Notes: a model not told the origin generated them from the letters alone. A stretch of DNA of 64,000 nt from Polyangiales bacterium (GCA_038231275.1 JBBRLQ010000002.1:96001-160000), one strand, 5' to 3'. Counted from the stretch's first letter, positions 20,760 to 30,981 are shown. Numbers and translations are program-made.

Positions 20760-21986
20760 TCAGCGCGTCGGTGCGGGGGTCGTCGTCGCGCCGCTCGCTT
20801 CGTTTGCGGACCACGCGAATTTGTCGATGAGCACTGTCGAGTCGAGGCGCCCGTCGCCGGAGTCCCAGATGGCGAGGAGGAGCGTGATGGTCCCGCCGGC
20901 CTTCACGGGGGCGGTCGTCTGGAGCCAGCCGGTCGCCGCGCTGTTGTCGAAGCCGGTGCCCTTGAGGCTCGAAGGACCCAGCGGACAAGGGAAGTGCTTG
21001 TTGGTGCCGAGCGGCGTCTGCGACACGCACGCCTGGAGGAGGCTGTTGTTCACGCTGACCGGGTTGCCATCCTGATCGAACGCGATGTTCGCGTCCGGGA
21101 GGTGCGGCGTCTGCGGCGTGAGCATCGCGACGTAGAAATCGTTGTACTCACTGCAGATGTAGTCGGGGAACTCGTACGTGAAGAAGTTCTCTTGGAACGT
21201 GAAGCTCTTCGCGTTCGTGGGCACGCGGATCGTGAGCTCCAGCGCGGCGCCGTCGTGGGCCTCGCCGGTGCTGATCCCCGGGCACGCGGGCGACTCCTTC
21301 GGGTACCCCGCGGGCGTGCCAGAGGTGTAGCCCTTGTTGTCGCCGCCGACGTCTTTGTAGCCGGAATCGCCGGGCGCGCGCGCGGTGCCGCTCGAGAGGG
21401 CGAGCATGACGCCGCCTTCTTGCGGCTTGTTTCCGCCGAGCGCCTTCAGGAGGCCGTGGCCCATCGCGTCGGGGAGCGCGTTTCCGTCGGGGAGCACGTA
21501 GCGCGCCGAGAGGACGCCCCAGGTCTTGCTCTTGCCGGTAGCCTTCGCGTCGGCCGACTTGCAGAGGCCGAGCGCGCGCGCGGCGTCCATCGCGTCGGCC
21601 GAGGCGATCGCGAGAGAGGCGTCGCAGGAGGCGCCGTCGTCGTCGATCTTGCCGTTGCAGTCCTCGTCCTTGTTGTCGCCAGGGACGTCGAACGCGCCGG
21701 GATTCACGTTCACGTCGCAGTCGTTGCAGTCGCCATCGGCGGACGAGTAGCCGTCGCCGTCGTGATCGGTGGTGTCCGCGAAGCCGCAGCCGTTGGCCTG
21801 CCCCGCGTCGCCGCCGTTCAAGACAGGGCCTCCGCCGGTGTCCGTCCCGCCCGGACCGCCAGCGCCGTTCGCGGCGCCTCCTTTGGTGGTGCCTGCCCCT
21901 TCGAAGCCGGAGCCCGACTTCGATCCCGAGCACGCAACCACCGTCACCAAGAGCAGCGTCGCCGACACGACACTCGAACGCTTCAT
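20760..21986 (-). CDS. Lipoprotein with MopE-like metal-binding repeat and choice-of-anchor L-like domain
   Basis: VVAC lipobox; DHDGDGY..DCND..NPGAFD..DEDCNGKID repeat; FFTYEFPDY..YNDFY and DSTVLID motifs. Confidence 0.7.
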   Translation of the reverse strand: MKRSSVVSATLLLVTVVACSGSKSGSGFEGAGTTKGGAANGAGGPGGTDTGGGPVLNGGDAGQANGCGFADTTDHDGDGYSSADGDCNDCDVNVNPGAFDVPGDNKDEDCNGKIDDDGASCDASLAIASADAMDAARALGLCKSADAKATGKSKTWGVLSARYVLPDGNALPDAMGHGLLKALGGNKPQEGGVMLALSSGTARAPGDSGYKDVGGDNKGYTSGTPAGYPKESPACPGISTGEAHDGAALELTIRVPTNAKSFTFQENFFTYEFPDYICSEYNDFYVAMLTPQTPHLPDANIAFDQDGNPVSVNNSLLQACVSQTPLGTNKHFPCPLGPSSLKGTGFDNSAATGWLQTTAPVKAGGTITLLLAIWDSGDGRLDSTVLIDKFAWSANEASGATTTPAPTR

Positions 21987-22171
21987 GCGAGCCTCCACGA
22001 CCGCAGCCCCAACAGCAGGGCGAGCTTTCTTCGCACGCGCACCACGCGCACCGCCCGCGATTTCCTACGCTGAGACGCGAACGATAGCTTTTGAAGCAGG
22101 TTTCGCTACGTCTCGCACACGAACGGAGAACGGAGTTTATCTCTGGGCCCGCGTGCATTAAAACGCTGTGG

Positions 22172-22735
22172 ATGAAGGCCTGGATGAAGATCCGCGACAA
22201 AACGACGCAGAGATGGACGATCGGAGTGGCCGTCCTCGCGTCCGCGTTCGTCGCCGCGTCGCTCGCGGGGGCGCTGGCCTTCGCAGACGAGACGCGTACG
22301 ACGACGGCGATCCTGGACGGCGTGGAGCAGGATGCGGCGAAGAAAGCGGTGACCGTGGACCTGGTGAAGCGCGCTCGCGACGCCATGGAGCGCGCGGCGC
22401 GGATGAGGAGCGCGGGCGACGAGACGCACGCGCGGCAGGCGGACTTGCTCGCCCGTGAGTGGGCGGAGGCGGCGGAGGATCTCGCGCGCGCGGCGGAGGC
22501 GGAGCGAAAGGCGGCGGCGGCGCGGAGCGGTGCGCTCGACGCGGGAGCGCAGGCCGATCGCGAGCGCGCGCTCCTCGAAGAAGGGATCGCGCGCAACGGG
22601 AGACTCCGCGCGCTGCTGGATCAGACGTCGCGCGAGAAGAGCGACGCGCCGACGCGCACGTCGCTATCGGGCGCCGACGCAGGCGTGCCGAAGAAGCCGA
22701 AGGCGGGCCCTTCCGACGCAGGAGGTGACCGGTGA
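22172..22735 (+). CDS. Hypothetical secreted coiled-coil protein
   Basis: Signal-like N-terminus, Ala/Glu/Arg helical body, GTGA overlap with next gene. Confidence 0.6.
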   Translation: MKAWMKIRDKTTQRWTIGVAVLASAFVAASLAGALAFADETRTTTAILDGVEQDAAKKAVTVDLVKRARDAMERAARMRSAGDETHARQADLLAREWAEAAEDLARAAEAERKAAAARSGALDAGAQADRERALLEEGIARNGRLRALLDQTSREKSDAPTRTSLSGADAGVPKKPKAGPSDAGGDR

Positions 22736-23865
22736 TCGCCGTGGGCAAGCTCGGGGCGCTCGCGCTCGTCGCCGCGCTCGTGACGACGCTTGGCGCGTGC
22801 GCAGGCGGGACGAAGCTCGCCGCGCAGAGCCAGCTCGACGAGATGAACCGCGCACGATCGAGCGCGGCGGCGAAAGAGGCCGCGGCCCTCGCGCCGCAGG
22901 CGTTCGCGAAAGCAGAAGAGGCACGCCGCCTCGCGCTCGCGGCCGATCACGCGGGCGACGATACGGGCGCGGCGCTCCAGGCCGAGCGCGCGATCGCGGG
23001 ATTTTCCCACGCGTTCGCGTTGGCTCGCCTGGCGAGGGCGACGCGCGAAGAAGCCGAGGCGACCGCGCAGCTCGCAAAGGCCGCGGACGATGCGCGGCAG
23101 CTCACCGGCGCGCGCGAGGCCGCGGATCGCGAAGGCGACGATCTCGACAAGCAGGTCAAGGTGGCGCGCGAAGCGCTCGCGCCGCCTCCGAGCGGGCCCG
23201 CCGATCCGCAGCGCGACGCGGCACGCCTCGTAGCTGCTCGCGCGCTCGCGACGCAGGCCCGTCTTTTGTGCGGCGCCGCGCACCTGCTCGCGCCGGCGAC
23301 CGCAGGGCTTGCCGACGCGGAGCGTGGCCTCGACGAGCTCGACAAAACGCTTGCCGGCACTCCGCGACCTGCGCCGATCGATCCCGCGTCTCGCCTGCGC
23401 GCGACGTGCCTCTCGATCCTCTCGAAGGTGCGGCGCGAGGCGGGCGGCGGCGGCACCGCGCAAGGGGACACTCTCCTCTCCGAGCTGTCTGCGGCGGCCG
23501 GTTGGGATCCGGTGCGCGACGAGCGCGGCGTCGTCGTCACGCTGCGCGGCGCGTTCAAGGGCACGGCGCTCGTTCCGGCGATTGAGTCGAAGCTCGCCGA
23601 GCTCGGTCGCGTCGCCGCCGCACACCCCACATTCAGCGTGCAGCTCGTCGTCCACGACGCCGAGGCGCCGAGCGACAAAGAGACCAAAGCCGATCGCGAG
23701 CGCGCCGACGCGTGCGTGAAGGCGCTCGTCGGCGGCGGCGCGGCCTCGGGCAAGGTGCGCGCCGAGCTCGCAGGCGCCCGCGCGCCGGTGGTCGATCCGG
23801 AGGACGTCCCCCGACGCGCGCGCAACGCACGTGTCGAGGTCGTGTTCGTGGCCCCGGGAGGCTGA
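22732..23865 (+). CDS. Lipoprotein with coiled coil and degenerate OmpA-like C-terminal domain
   Basis: LGAC lipobox; DERGVVVTL and RNARVEVVF; canonical GHTD replaced by VHDA. Confidence 0.65.
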   Translation: MIAVGKLGALALVAALVTTLGACAGGTKLAAQSQLDEMNRARSSAAAKEAAALAPQAFAKAEEARRLALAADHAGDDTGAALQAERAIAGFSHAFALARLARATREEAEATAQLAKAADDARQLTGAREAADREGDDLDKQVKVAREALAPPPSGPADPQRDAARLVAARALATQARLLCGAAHLLAPATAGLADAERGLDELDKTLAGTPRPAPIDPASRLRATCLSILSKVRREAGGGGTAQGDTLLSELSAAAGWDPVRDERGVVVTLRGAFKGTALVPAIESKLAELGRVAAAHPTFSVQLVVHDAEAPSDKETKADRERADACVKALVGGGAASGKVRAELAGARAPVVDPEDVPRRARNARVEVVFVAPGG

Positions 23866-23871
23866 GCGCGG

Positions 23872-24378
23872 ATGCAGCGCGCCTTCGTCGTGATGCTCGT
23901 GGGCGCGGGGCTCGGCGCGGGCATGTGCCAGAAAAACATCGCCCGGCCGCCGGTGGAGGAGGTGCCGATTCGGGATCCGAGCGAGCTCGCGGCGATGGCG
24001 ACCCCGACTCCGACTCCGACTCCGAAGCCGACTCCGGCGGCGACCCCGACGCCGACTCCGACGCCGGGCGCGCCGATGTTCACGCCGACGACGAAGGACG
24101 ACCCTCCCGAGCCTCCGCGCGATCGCGCGTTCCCGAAGCAAGCCGATGCATGCAAAAAGGACGACGACTGCGCCGCGACGAACCTGGTCCTCGGTGGCGA
24201 GCTCCTTTGCTGCACGCCATGCAAACCGGTCGCGGGCACGAAGGCGTGGGTGCGAAAAATCGAGCAGGTGTGCCAGCAGAAAGCGAAAGCGGGCCTGAAA
24301 TCGCGCTGCGGCGCGGCGTGGGACTGCAACAAACCCGACGCGGAGTGCCGCGCAGGCAAATGCGCGGTAAAGCCCTAG
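23872..24378 (+). CDS. Hypothetical secreted Cys-rich protein with PT repeat
   Basis: Hydrophobic N-terminus, (PT)n linker, 8-Cys C-terminal domain. Confidence 0.6.
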   Translation: MQRAFVVMLVGAGLGAGMCQKNIARPPVEEVPIRDPSELAAMATPTPTPTPKPTPAATPTPTPTPGAPMFTPTTKDDPPEPPRDRAFPKQADACKKDDDCAATNLVLGGELLCCTPCKPVAGTKAWVRKIEQVCQQKAKAGLKSRCGAAWDCNKPDAECRAGKCAVKP

Positions 24379-24402
24379 CCACGGCTCTCTCGCAACTCCC
24401 GT

Positions 24403-24927
24403 CTATGGGCGCACCGCAACGTCGAGGAACGCAGCCATGGCGGCGCATCGCGAAACGTAGCGGTCGCGTGTCGTCGCGACGTCGTCGGAGAGCGAGATGT
24501 CGCCGGCCCGCGTCCCGATGACGAGGCCAAACGCCGGAACGCCGTTGGAGAGCGGCGTGTCGGAGATCGCCACATCGACGACGTCCGCGACGCGTACCGA
24601 CTCCACCTTCACGACGTGACCGCGGCGCCGCCACTCGATCGCGAGGTCCTCGCCGTCGACTCGGAAGCGCACGACGGTGAAAAGCCCCTGATACGCCAGC
24701 GTCCCCGGAACGAAGCTGGTGAGGACGAAGACTACGGCCATGAGCGCGTAGACGCCGGCGCCGGTGCCAGTCGCGCCCGCCGCCAGCGCTGCGGTCAGGG
24801 CGCCTACCCCAAGGCACACCGGCACCGCGAGCGCGAACAGCACATTGGTGAGAAGCATGCCCGGACGCACGTCGAGCACCCGTGAGCGGCCATTCGCAGA
24901 TCCACGGTACGGCGCTGGTGAGCCCAT
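24403..24927 (-). CDS. Hypothetical membrane protein
   Basis: Two TM segments then a beta-rich domain; start uncertain. Confidence 0.5.
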   Translation of the reverse strand: MGSPAPYRGSANGRSRVLDVRPGMLLTNVLFALAVPVCLGVGALTAALAAGATGTGAGVYALMAVVFVLTSFVPGTLAYQGLFTVVRFRVDGEDLAIEWRRRGHVVKVESVRVADVVDVAISDTPLSNGVPAFGLVIGTRAGDISLSDDVATTRDRYVSRCAAMAAFLDVAVRP

Positions 24928-24953
24928 TGGTCAAATGGTCCAGACGTAAGCGG

Positions 24954-25652
24954 CTAGGGCACGAGCTTGTAGCCGAAGCCGTACACAGTGAGGATGTGCG
25001 CCGGCTTGTCGGGGCTCTTCTCGATCTTCTTTCGTAGCTTCACGATGAAGTTGTCCACCGTGCGGTTCGTCGGGAGCGACTCGAGACCCCAAATCTTCGA
25101 GAGGATCTCGTCGCGGCTCACCGGCTGGCCGATGCGCTCGACGAGGAGGCGCATCAGCTCCACCTCGTAGAACGAGAGCTGGTGCTCCTCACCGCGCACC
25201 ATGGCGGTGTGGGCCGCGAAATTGATCTTCGCGTCGCCGACGTCGAACGCTTCCGGCGCCGTGCTCCCTCGCTGCGCGCGGCGAAAGATGGCGCGCATGC
25301 GCGCGATGAGCTCGTTCACGCTGAAGGGCTTCGTGAGGTAGTCGTCCGCACCGGCGTCGAGGCCGCGGATCTTGTCCGTCTCCTGCGAACGCGCCGTCAG
25401 CATGATGATCGGCACGAACGAGTTCCAGCGGCGGATCTCTTCGCACACGTTGTACCCGTTGATGTCGGGGAGCATGAGATCGAGCACCACCGCGTCGGGG
25501 CTCTCCGACCGCGCGAGGGCGATCCCTTCCTTGCCCTTCCCTGCCGTCACGACGCGAAACCCCTCGAACTCGAGCGAATCCTTGAGGCCCATCACGATGT
25601 GGGGCTCGTCCTCGATGATGAGGATCGTCTTCTTGGCGGTCGGAGCGGCCAT
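24954..25652 (-). CDS. OmpR-family response regulator
   Basis: IIEDE, LDLMLP, GADDYLTKPF and winged-helix TVYGFGYK. Confidence 0.95.
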   Translation of the reverse strand: MAAPTAKKTILIIEDEPHIVMGLKDSLEFEGFRVVTAGKGKEGIALARSESPDAVVLDLMLPDINGYNVCEEIRRWNSFVPIIMLTARSQETDKIRGLDAGADDYLTKPFSVNELIARMRAIFRRAQRGSTAPEAFDVGDAKINFAAHTAMVRGEEHQLSFYEVELMRLLVERIGQPVSRDEILSKIWGLESLPTNRTVDNFIVKLRKKIEKSPDKPAHILTVYGFGYKLVP

Positions 25653-25671
25653 GCGCAGCGCCATTAAACAC

Positions 25672-25704
25672 GAAGGGCGCGGAGACGAAAGCCCCGCGCC
25701 CTTC
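25672..25704 (-). terminator. Intrinsic terminator-like hairpin after the VWA lipoprotein gene
   Basis: GAAGGGCGCGG / CCGCGCCCTTC 11-bp perfect stem, followed on the minus strand by GTGTTT. Confidence 0.7.
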
Positions 25705-25726
25705 TGTAACGCTTAGAGACGTCCGA

Positions 25727-28240
25727 TCACTTCCCGGCGTCGCCCCCGCTCGATTCGATGCACTGGAGGCTGATCTTCGAGCCGACCTGCGGGTTGCCGG
25801 TCGCCGAGAAGAGGATCGCCTGCGGGCAGGTGCCTGCGGCCGTCCCCTCCACGTAGCACCAGCCCGCTTCGCTCGAGGCGGCGCACGAGCCGTTCTGGAA
25901 GTCCTGCGCGTACTTGAACTTCGACGTGACCGCCTGGTTCGTGCACGAGTCCGGACGCGCTCCCGGCGGGACGAGCTGGGTGACCTGGCAAACCGGGAGC
26001 TTCGTGGCGTCGACGAAGCCGGGACCGGCGTCGCCCTTCACGTCGCCCTGCTGGGCCTTCTGCTGCTCGCGGAACTTCAGGAGGACGGTCGGATCCGGCT
26101 CCACGAGGCCCGGGATGTTTCTGCAGTCGCTCTGCGGACCGGGGATCGCCAATGTCTCGAGGATGAGGCACGGCACGTCGCCGCACGTGCTGCCCGAGAG
26201 CTGCTGCGGGAGGCACTGGTTGGCGAGCGCGTTCTTGAGGCGGTCGACGATCGCGCGGACGGCGGGGCGGTAGCCGTAGTCCGGGCTCGCCGTGTTCGAC
26301 GGCTCACGCGGGCAGAGCGAGGCCACGATGCCCTGGTCGCCGAGCTTCTTGGCGACCGTGAGCTCGCGAATGCACGGGTACGCCTTGCCGCGCACCTGCG
26401 TCGTCTTGGTCGTCGCGTCGCAAAGCGGCGGAAGCGGAGGAGTCCCGCTCGCGCAGTCGCACGCGCCCGCGAACTTCGCGAGCTTGCAGTCCTTCGGCGC
26501 CGGGAGCTGGAAGGTGCAGGCGTATTGGAGATCGTTCTTGCCGGTGTCCCACTCGCGGCCGTGGAGCGGATCCGCGGTGTCGCTGGCGGTCGCGTCGGGG
26601 AGACCCGCGCGCGGCGTCTGCGACTGGATCATGTGCGGGTCGATGCCGGTGAAGTCGTACGCCTCGGGATCGTTGCCGATGATCTGCTTCCAGCGATCGT
26701 TGGGGATCGCCGAGAGGAACGGGCTCGCCGCATCCTTCGGATCCTGCGTGAGGAGCTGCCACGGAACGCCGGTGATGGCGGCGTAGAACACGAGATCGCT
26801 CGTGCGCGGGCCGCGCGTCAGCTTGCAGAGCTCGGCGCCGCCGTCGCTCGGGAGGTTCTGCGCGAAGAGGGGGTTGGTGCAGTTGGGGCGGGCGTTGTAC
26901 GAGTTGTTCGGCTTCCCGTCGGAGCCGACGCCGTCGTAGACCTCGCCGTCACGGTTCGGCACCGTGTAGTTCTTGAGGCCGTTGACGTAACGGCTGATCG
27001 GAAACTGCGGATCGACGCCGTAGCGCTCCTTGAGGCGAACGTAGCGCGTGTTGAGCGTGTCCTCGGCGGCCTTGTAGTAGCCGAGCTGCGGCTGGCCGGT
27101 GCCGGTGTCGACGTCGCCCGGCTGCTGGCAGTTCGGGTCCGAGCCGTGGCCGGGGAAGCCGCACGACGTGCATTCGCCGGTCGTGATCTTGGTGACGTCG
27201 TTGCACGCCGATGTGCCACGCGCCGCGCCGCCGCCGACCGAGCCGGGGAAGCGCTTCATGTTGTACGCCCAGCCCTGGCCGCCGACGGCGCGCGGATCAG
27301 GGGCCGAGTCGTCCTCGTCGGACAGAAGAATGATCGCGACGAGCGAGTCGGGGCGGAGGAAGTCGGCGCGCTGCTTCAGCACGGTGCCATCGACGCCATC
27401 GAGCGCGCGGCGGCGGCCGTCCTTCGGATCGGGAATGATCGCGTTGTACGGATCGGGCTGGACGAGGAAGCGGTACCACGACTCGATCTGCGACTCGATA
27501 CCGCAGCCATACTCGTGGACGCCGCCGACGGCCTCGACGAAGTCAGCCTGGAGCTTGGCGACGTCGGTGATCGGCGGCGCGTTCGCGGGCGCGTTTTTGC
27601 CCTTGTTCGCGTCGACGCTCGGGAACCACGCGAGGTAGTTCGATGCGCCGGTGTCGGGGGTCGTGACCTCTGCCGAGTCGATCGTCTTGCCGGTGGGGTC
27701 GACCACGCTGCCGCGGTTGAGGAGGTGGCCCTGATCGTCGTCGTGGCGCTTGGCGCCGGTGCCGACCGGATCGGTGCCGTCGCACACGTCACCGCCGCGC
27801 CCGCCGAGGGACGACGAGACGATGCCGATGTGGAGGTCGTGGACCGGCTGGAACTCCGCCTTGCCCGCGGCGCACTTTCCGTCGGTCGTCGTGCCGAGGA
27901 CCTTGCCGGCTTCGTCGACGCAGTTCGGCGTCACGAGGCGGCTCAGCAAGTCGGGGACGGCTTGCGCGAGGAGGAACTGCTTGTCTCCCATCGATGCGGA
28001 GTTGTCGACCGCGAACAGGACGTCGACCTTGTCGACCGAAGCCTGGCGAACGACGGCGGTGAAGTTGGTCTTCGTCGTCGGCGGCTGCGACGTGACCGGA
28101 CGGCTGAGGCAACCCGCGGCGACGGCGACGCCCGAGATGAAGCCCACGGAGGCGACCGCCCTGGCGACGGACTTCGCGACAGACCCGATCGACGCGACCG
28201 ACGCGACCGACTTCACCTTTTGAATCCCATGCGATCCCAT
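25727..28240 (-). CDS. Large Cys-rich lipoprotein with VWA/MIDAS-like motif
   Basis: AAGC lipobox, DVLFAVDNSASM (DxSxS), FLRPDS...LSDEDD. Confidence 0.7.
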   Translation of the reverse strand: MGSHGIQKVKSVASVASIGSVAKSVARAVASVGFISGVAVAAGCLSRPVTSQPPTTKTNFTAVVRQASVDKVDVLFAVDNSASMGDKQFLLAQAVPDLLSRLVTPNCVDEAGKVLGTTTDGKCAAGKAEFQPVHDLHIGIVSSSLGGRGGDVCDGTDPVGTGAKRHDDDQGHLLNRGSVVDPTGKTIDSAEVTTPDTGASNYLAWFPSVDANKGKNAPANAPPITDVAKLQADFVEAVGGVHEYGCGIESQIESWYRFLVQPDPYNAIIPDPKDGRRRALDGVDGTVLKQRADFLRPDSLVAIILLSDEDDSAPDPRAVGGQGWAYNMKRFPGSVGGGAARGTSACNDVTKITTGECTSCGFPGHGSDPNCQQPGDVDTGTGQPQLGYYKAAEDTLNTRYVRLKERYGVDPQFPISRYVNGLKNYTVPNRDGEVYDGVGSDGKPNNSYNARPNCTNPLFAQNLPSDGGAELCKLTRGPRTSDLVFYAAITGVPWQLLTQDPKDAASPFLSAIPNDRWKQIIGNDPEAYDFTGIDPHMIQSQTPRAGLPDATASDTADPLHGREWDTGKNDLQYACTFQLPAPKDCKLAKFAGACDCASGTPPLPPLCDATTKTTQVRGKAYPCIRELTVAKKLGDQGIVASLCPREPSNTASPDYGYRPAVRAIVDRLKNALANQCLPQQLSGSTCGDVPCLILETLAIPGPQSDCRNIPGLVEPDPTVLLKFREQQKAQQGDVKGDAGPGFVDATKLPVCQVTQLVPPGARPDSCTNQAVTSKFKYAQDFQNGSCAASSEAGWCYVEGTAAGTCPQAILFSATGNPQVGSKISLQCIESSGGDAGK

Positions 28241-28301
28241 GCGCGCTCCTTATAAAGGGGTAAGGCGGGCGAGACGGTACCACAGAACCCCAACCCCCTT
28301 C

Positions 28302-28317
28302 AGCATGGCATATGCCA
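28302..28317 (-). promoter_or_regulatory. Putative sigma54 -24/-12 promoter
   Basis: Minus strand TGGCAT-ATGCC-ATGCT (GG-N10-GC) ~60 bp upstream of the lipoprotein start. Confidence 0.45.
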
Positions 28318-28375
28318 GGGCTCGGCCGCGACGGCCTGAGCAATCTTCGGCACTTACAGAAGCGCACCTGCCAAC

Positions 28376-30370
28376 TCAGTTGCCAGGTGCCTCCTTGGTT
28401 GGCAGCAGGCTCGCGGGGCTCGTTTCTTCGGTCGCTTTCGCCTCGGCCGGGCTCTCGACCTTCGGCAGCGCCTCACGGAGGACGCGGACGTGGCGCTTGT
28501 TGACCCCGGGAACGGCGAGGAGGGCCGCGTCGTCGGCCAGCCGGATCGCGTCGACGGAGCCGAGCGTCTTCAGGAGCGCCTTCTTCGTCTTGTCGCCGAT
28601 GCCCTTGATGTCGTCGAGGATGGACCTGAACCTGCGCGCCTTGCCGACCTTCTCGCGGCCGCGGTTCGAGAAGCGGTGGGCCTCGTCGCGGAGGCGCGCG
28701 AGGAAGAAGAGTGACGCCGAGTGGCTGCGGAGCGGGATCGGGTTCTTCTGGCCGGGCAGGTAGACGCGATCGACGAGCGTCTCCTCGAGCACGTTCTCCT
28801 TCTCCTTCGCGAGCGCGACGATCGGCAGGTCGTGGAGGCCGAGATCGTGGGCCGCGGCCAACGCCACCGCGAGCTGCCCGCGCCCTCCGTCGACGACGAA
28901 CAGATCCGGAAGATCCCACTCGACGTCCGCCTCCGACTCCGAACCCGACGCCGACTCCGTCGCCGATCCCACCGCGGCCCTGCCCCTCCGGAACCTGCGC
29001 GCGAGCACCTCGTACATCGCGCCGTAGTCGTCCCCTCCCCCGCCCTCTGCCGGGCCCTTCACCTTGAACGTGCGGTACCGCTTCTTGTCCGGCAAGCCGT
29101 CCTTCATCGCGACGACCGCGCCGACCGTGTCGTCGCCGCCGAGGTGCGAGATGTCACAGCACTCGATGCGGCGGGGGAGCGACGGGAGACGCAGGCGCTC
29201 TTGCAGCTGTTTGAGGCGCTCCTCGACGTCGTCGGAGGCGCGGCGTTTTTCGGCGAACGAGTGCCGCGCGTTGTCGACGGCGAGCTCGAGGAGGTGCGCG
29301 CGCGGGCCGCGCTGAGGAGAGACGATCTCGACTTTGTGCTCCGCGCGCTCGCCGAGCCACTCTTCGATGCCGGTCGTGCCCTCTGGGCGCAAGGCGACGA
29401 CGATCTCGCGCGGGATCGGGACGAGCACGTCGCCGTCGTCTCCCTCGCGGCCGTAGTGCTGGGCAAGGAAGGCCGCCACGATCTCCTCGTCCGGAATCTC
29501 TGCTTGCTTGAGCGAGAACGTCGCCACCTCGGCGAGCGTTCCCGACCGCACGTAGAGGAGCGCGAGCTCGACGAGATCGCCTTCGCGGTAGAGGCCGAGC
29601 ACGTCGCGATCGACGTCGTCCACGCTGACGACACGCTGCGACTGGCGCACCTTCTCGATCGCGCGGAGCTGATCGCGGTACACCGCGGCGAGCTCGAAGC
29701 GCATGCTTTCCGCGGCGGCGTGCATGCGAGAGATGAGATCGCGCGAGAGCTCGTCGTGCCGGCCGTCGAGGAACTTGGCGACCGCGTCGACCTGCTCGCC
29801 GTACCACGCCGGGTCCACCTCGTAGACGCACGGCGCGGGGCAGCGCTTGATCTGGAACTGGAGGCACGGCCGGCGGCGCGCGGCCATCTCGGTGTCGCCG
29901 CACGTGCGCAGCTGGAAGTGCTTGTTCACGAGGTGCAGCGTCCGCCGCGCGCTCGTCGCGGAGTGGTACGGGCCGAAGTAGCGCGCGCCGTCGTCGCCGG
30001 AGGGGCGGCGCACGAGGTAGAGGCGCGGCCACGGATCCTTCATCGGGAGGCGCAAGGAGAGGAAGTCCTTGTCGTCCCGGAGCTTCACGTTGAAGCGCGG
30101 TTTGTGGCTCTTGATGAGCTCGTTCTCGAGGATCGTCGCTTCCTTCTCGGAGCCGGTCACGATCGTGTCGAGATCCGCGATGACCTTGTGGAGGATAGGA
30201 ATGAAGAAGCGGGTGTCGGTGCCGCCCGCCTGGAAATAGCTGCGAACTCGGCTGCGAAGGCTCTTCGCCTTGCCGACGTACACGACCGTCCCCTTCTTGT
30301 CCTTGAAGAGGTAGACGCCCGACTTTGCCGGCAGGCTGTCCAGTTTCTCCGTGACGGTGGCGGGCAGCAT
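28376..30370 (-). CDS. uvrC: Excinuclease ABC subunit C
   Basis: GVYLF..YVGKAKSLR GIY-YIG domain, IECCDISH, VDGGRGQ, RLRDEAHRF and HhH tail. Confidence 0.97.
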   Translation of the reverse strand: MLPATVTEKLDSLPAKSGVYLFKDKKGTVVYVGKAKSLRSRVRSYFQAGGTDTRFFIPILHKVIADLDTIVTGSEKEATILENELIKSHKPRFNVKLRDDKDFLSLRLPMKDPWPRLYLVRRPSGDDGARYFGPYHSATSARRTLHLVNKHFQLRTCGDTEMAARRRPCLQFQIKRCPAPCVYEVDPAWYGEQVDAVAKFLDGRHDELSRDLISRMHAAAESMRFELAAVYRDQLRAIEKVRQSQRVVSVDDVDRDVLGLYREGDLVELALLYVRSGTLAEVATFSLKQAEIPDEEIVAAFLAQHYGREGDDGDVLVPIPREIVVALRPEGTTGIEEWLGERAEHKVEIVSPQRGPRAHLLELAVDNARHSFAEKRRASDDVEERLKQLQERLRLPSLPRRIECCDISHLGGDDTVGAVVAMKDGLPDKKRYRTFKVKGPAEGGGGDDYGAMYEVLARRFRRGRAAVGSATESASGSESEADVEWDLPDLFVVDGGRGQLAVALAAAHDLGLHDLPIVALAKEKENVLEETLVDRVYLPGQKNPIPLRSHSASLFFLARLRDEAHRFSNRGREKVGKARRFRSILDDIKGIGDKTKKALLKTLGSVDAIRLADDAALLAVPGVNKRHVRVLREALPKVESPAEAKATEETSPASLLPTKEAPGN

Positions 30371-30426
30371 CGCGAGGGCCGTTATACCCAAGAGGAAGGC
30401 AGCCGGGACGGTCTGAGGAGAGACCG

Positions 30427-30966
30427 ATGGGGATTTTTCATTTCCCGTGGGCGGCAGTCGCGCTCGCGATGGCGGGGCTCGTCTCGAGCTCGGCGCCGGC
30501 TTCCGGCACGAAGGTGACGCGCATCGCGATCCACAAGAGCGCGCACACGATGGAGCTGTGGGACAAGGACGGGCGGAGCGCGACGTACCCTGTGTCGCTC
30601 GGTCCGGGCGGCCCCGGCTTCAAGCGCCGCGAAGGCGATCGCACCACGCCGGTCGGGCGTTACCACGTCGTCAATCGCGGACCGTCCAAGTCGTTCACGA
30701 TCTTCATGCGCCTCGACTACCCCAACGCCGAGGACCGAAAGCGCTTCAACGCGCTCAAGACCGAAGGCGCGCTGCCGATCGGCGCGACGATCGGCGGCGA
30801 CATCGGCATCCACGGCGGGACGCCCGAAGGATGGAACAAGAGCGAGGACCGCACGATCGCGGAGCGCGACTGGACGCTCGGGTGCATCGGCGTCGAGGAC
30901 GCGGAGATCCGCGCCATCGCGAAGCGCGTCGCCGACGGAACGATCGTCGACATCGACGACGAGTAG
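30427..30966 (+). CDS. L,D-transpeptidase (YkuD family)
   Basis: EGDRTTPVG, LDYPN and GIHG...WTLGCI catalytic His/Cys motif. Confidence 0.9.
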   Translation: MGIFHFPWAAVALAMAGLVSSSAPASGTKVTRIAIHKSAHTMELWDKDGRSATYPVSLGPGGPGFKRREGDRTTPVGRYHVVNRGPSKSFTIFMRLDYPNAEDRKRFNALKTEGALPIGATIGGDIGIHGGTPEGWNKSEDRTIAERDWTLGCIGVEDAEIRAIAKRVADGTIVDIDDE

Positions 30967-30981
30967 CTGCGGCCCAGCGCT

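Noticed and set aside
24001-24066. CCGACT-type tandem repeats
   Set aside because: Simply encode a Pro-Thr linker
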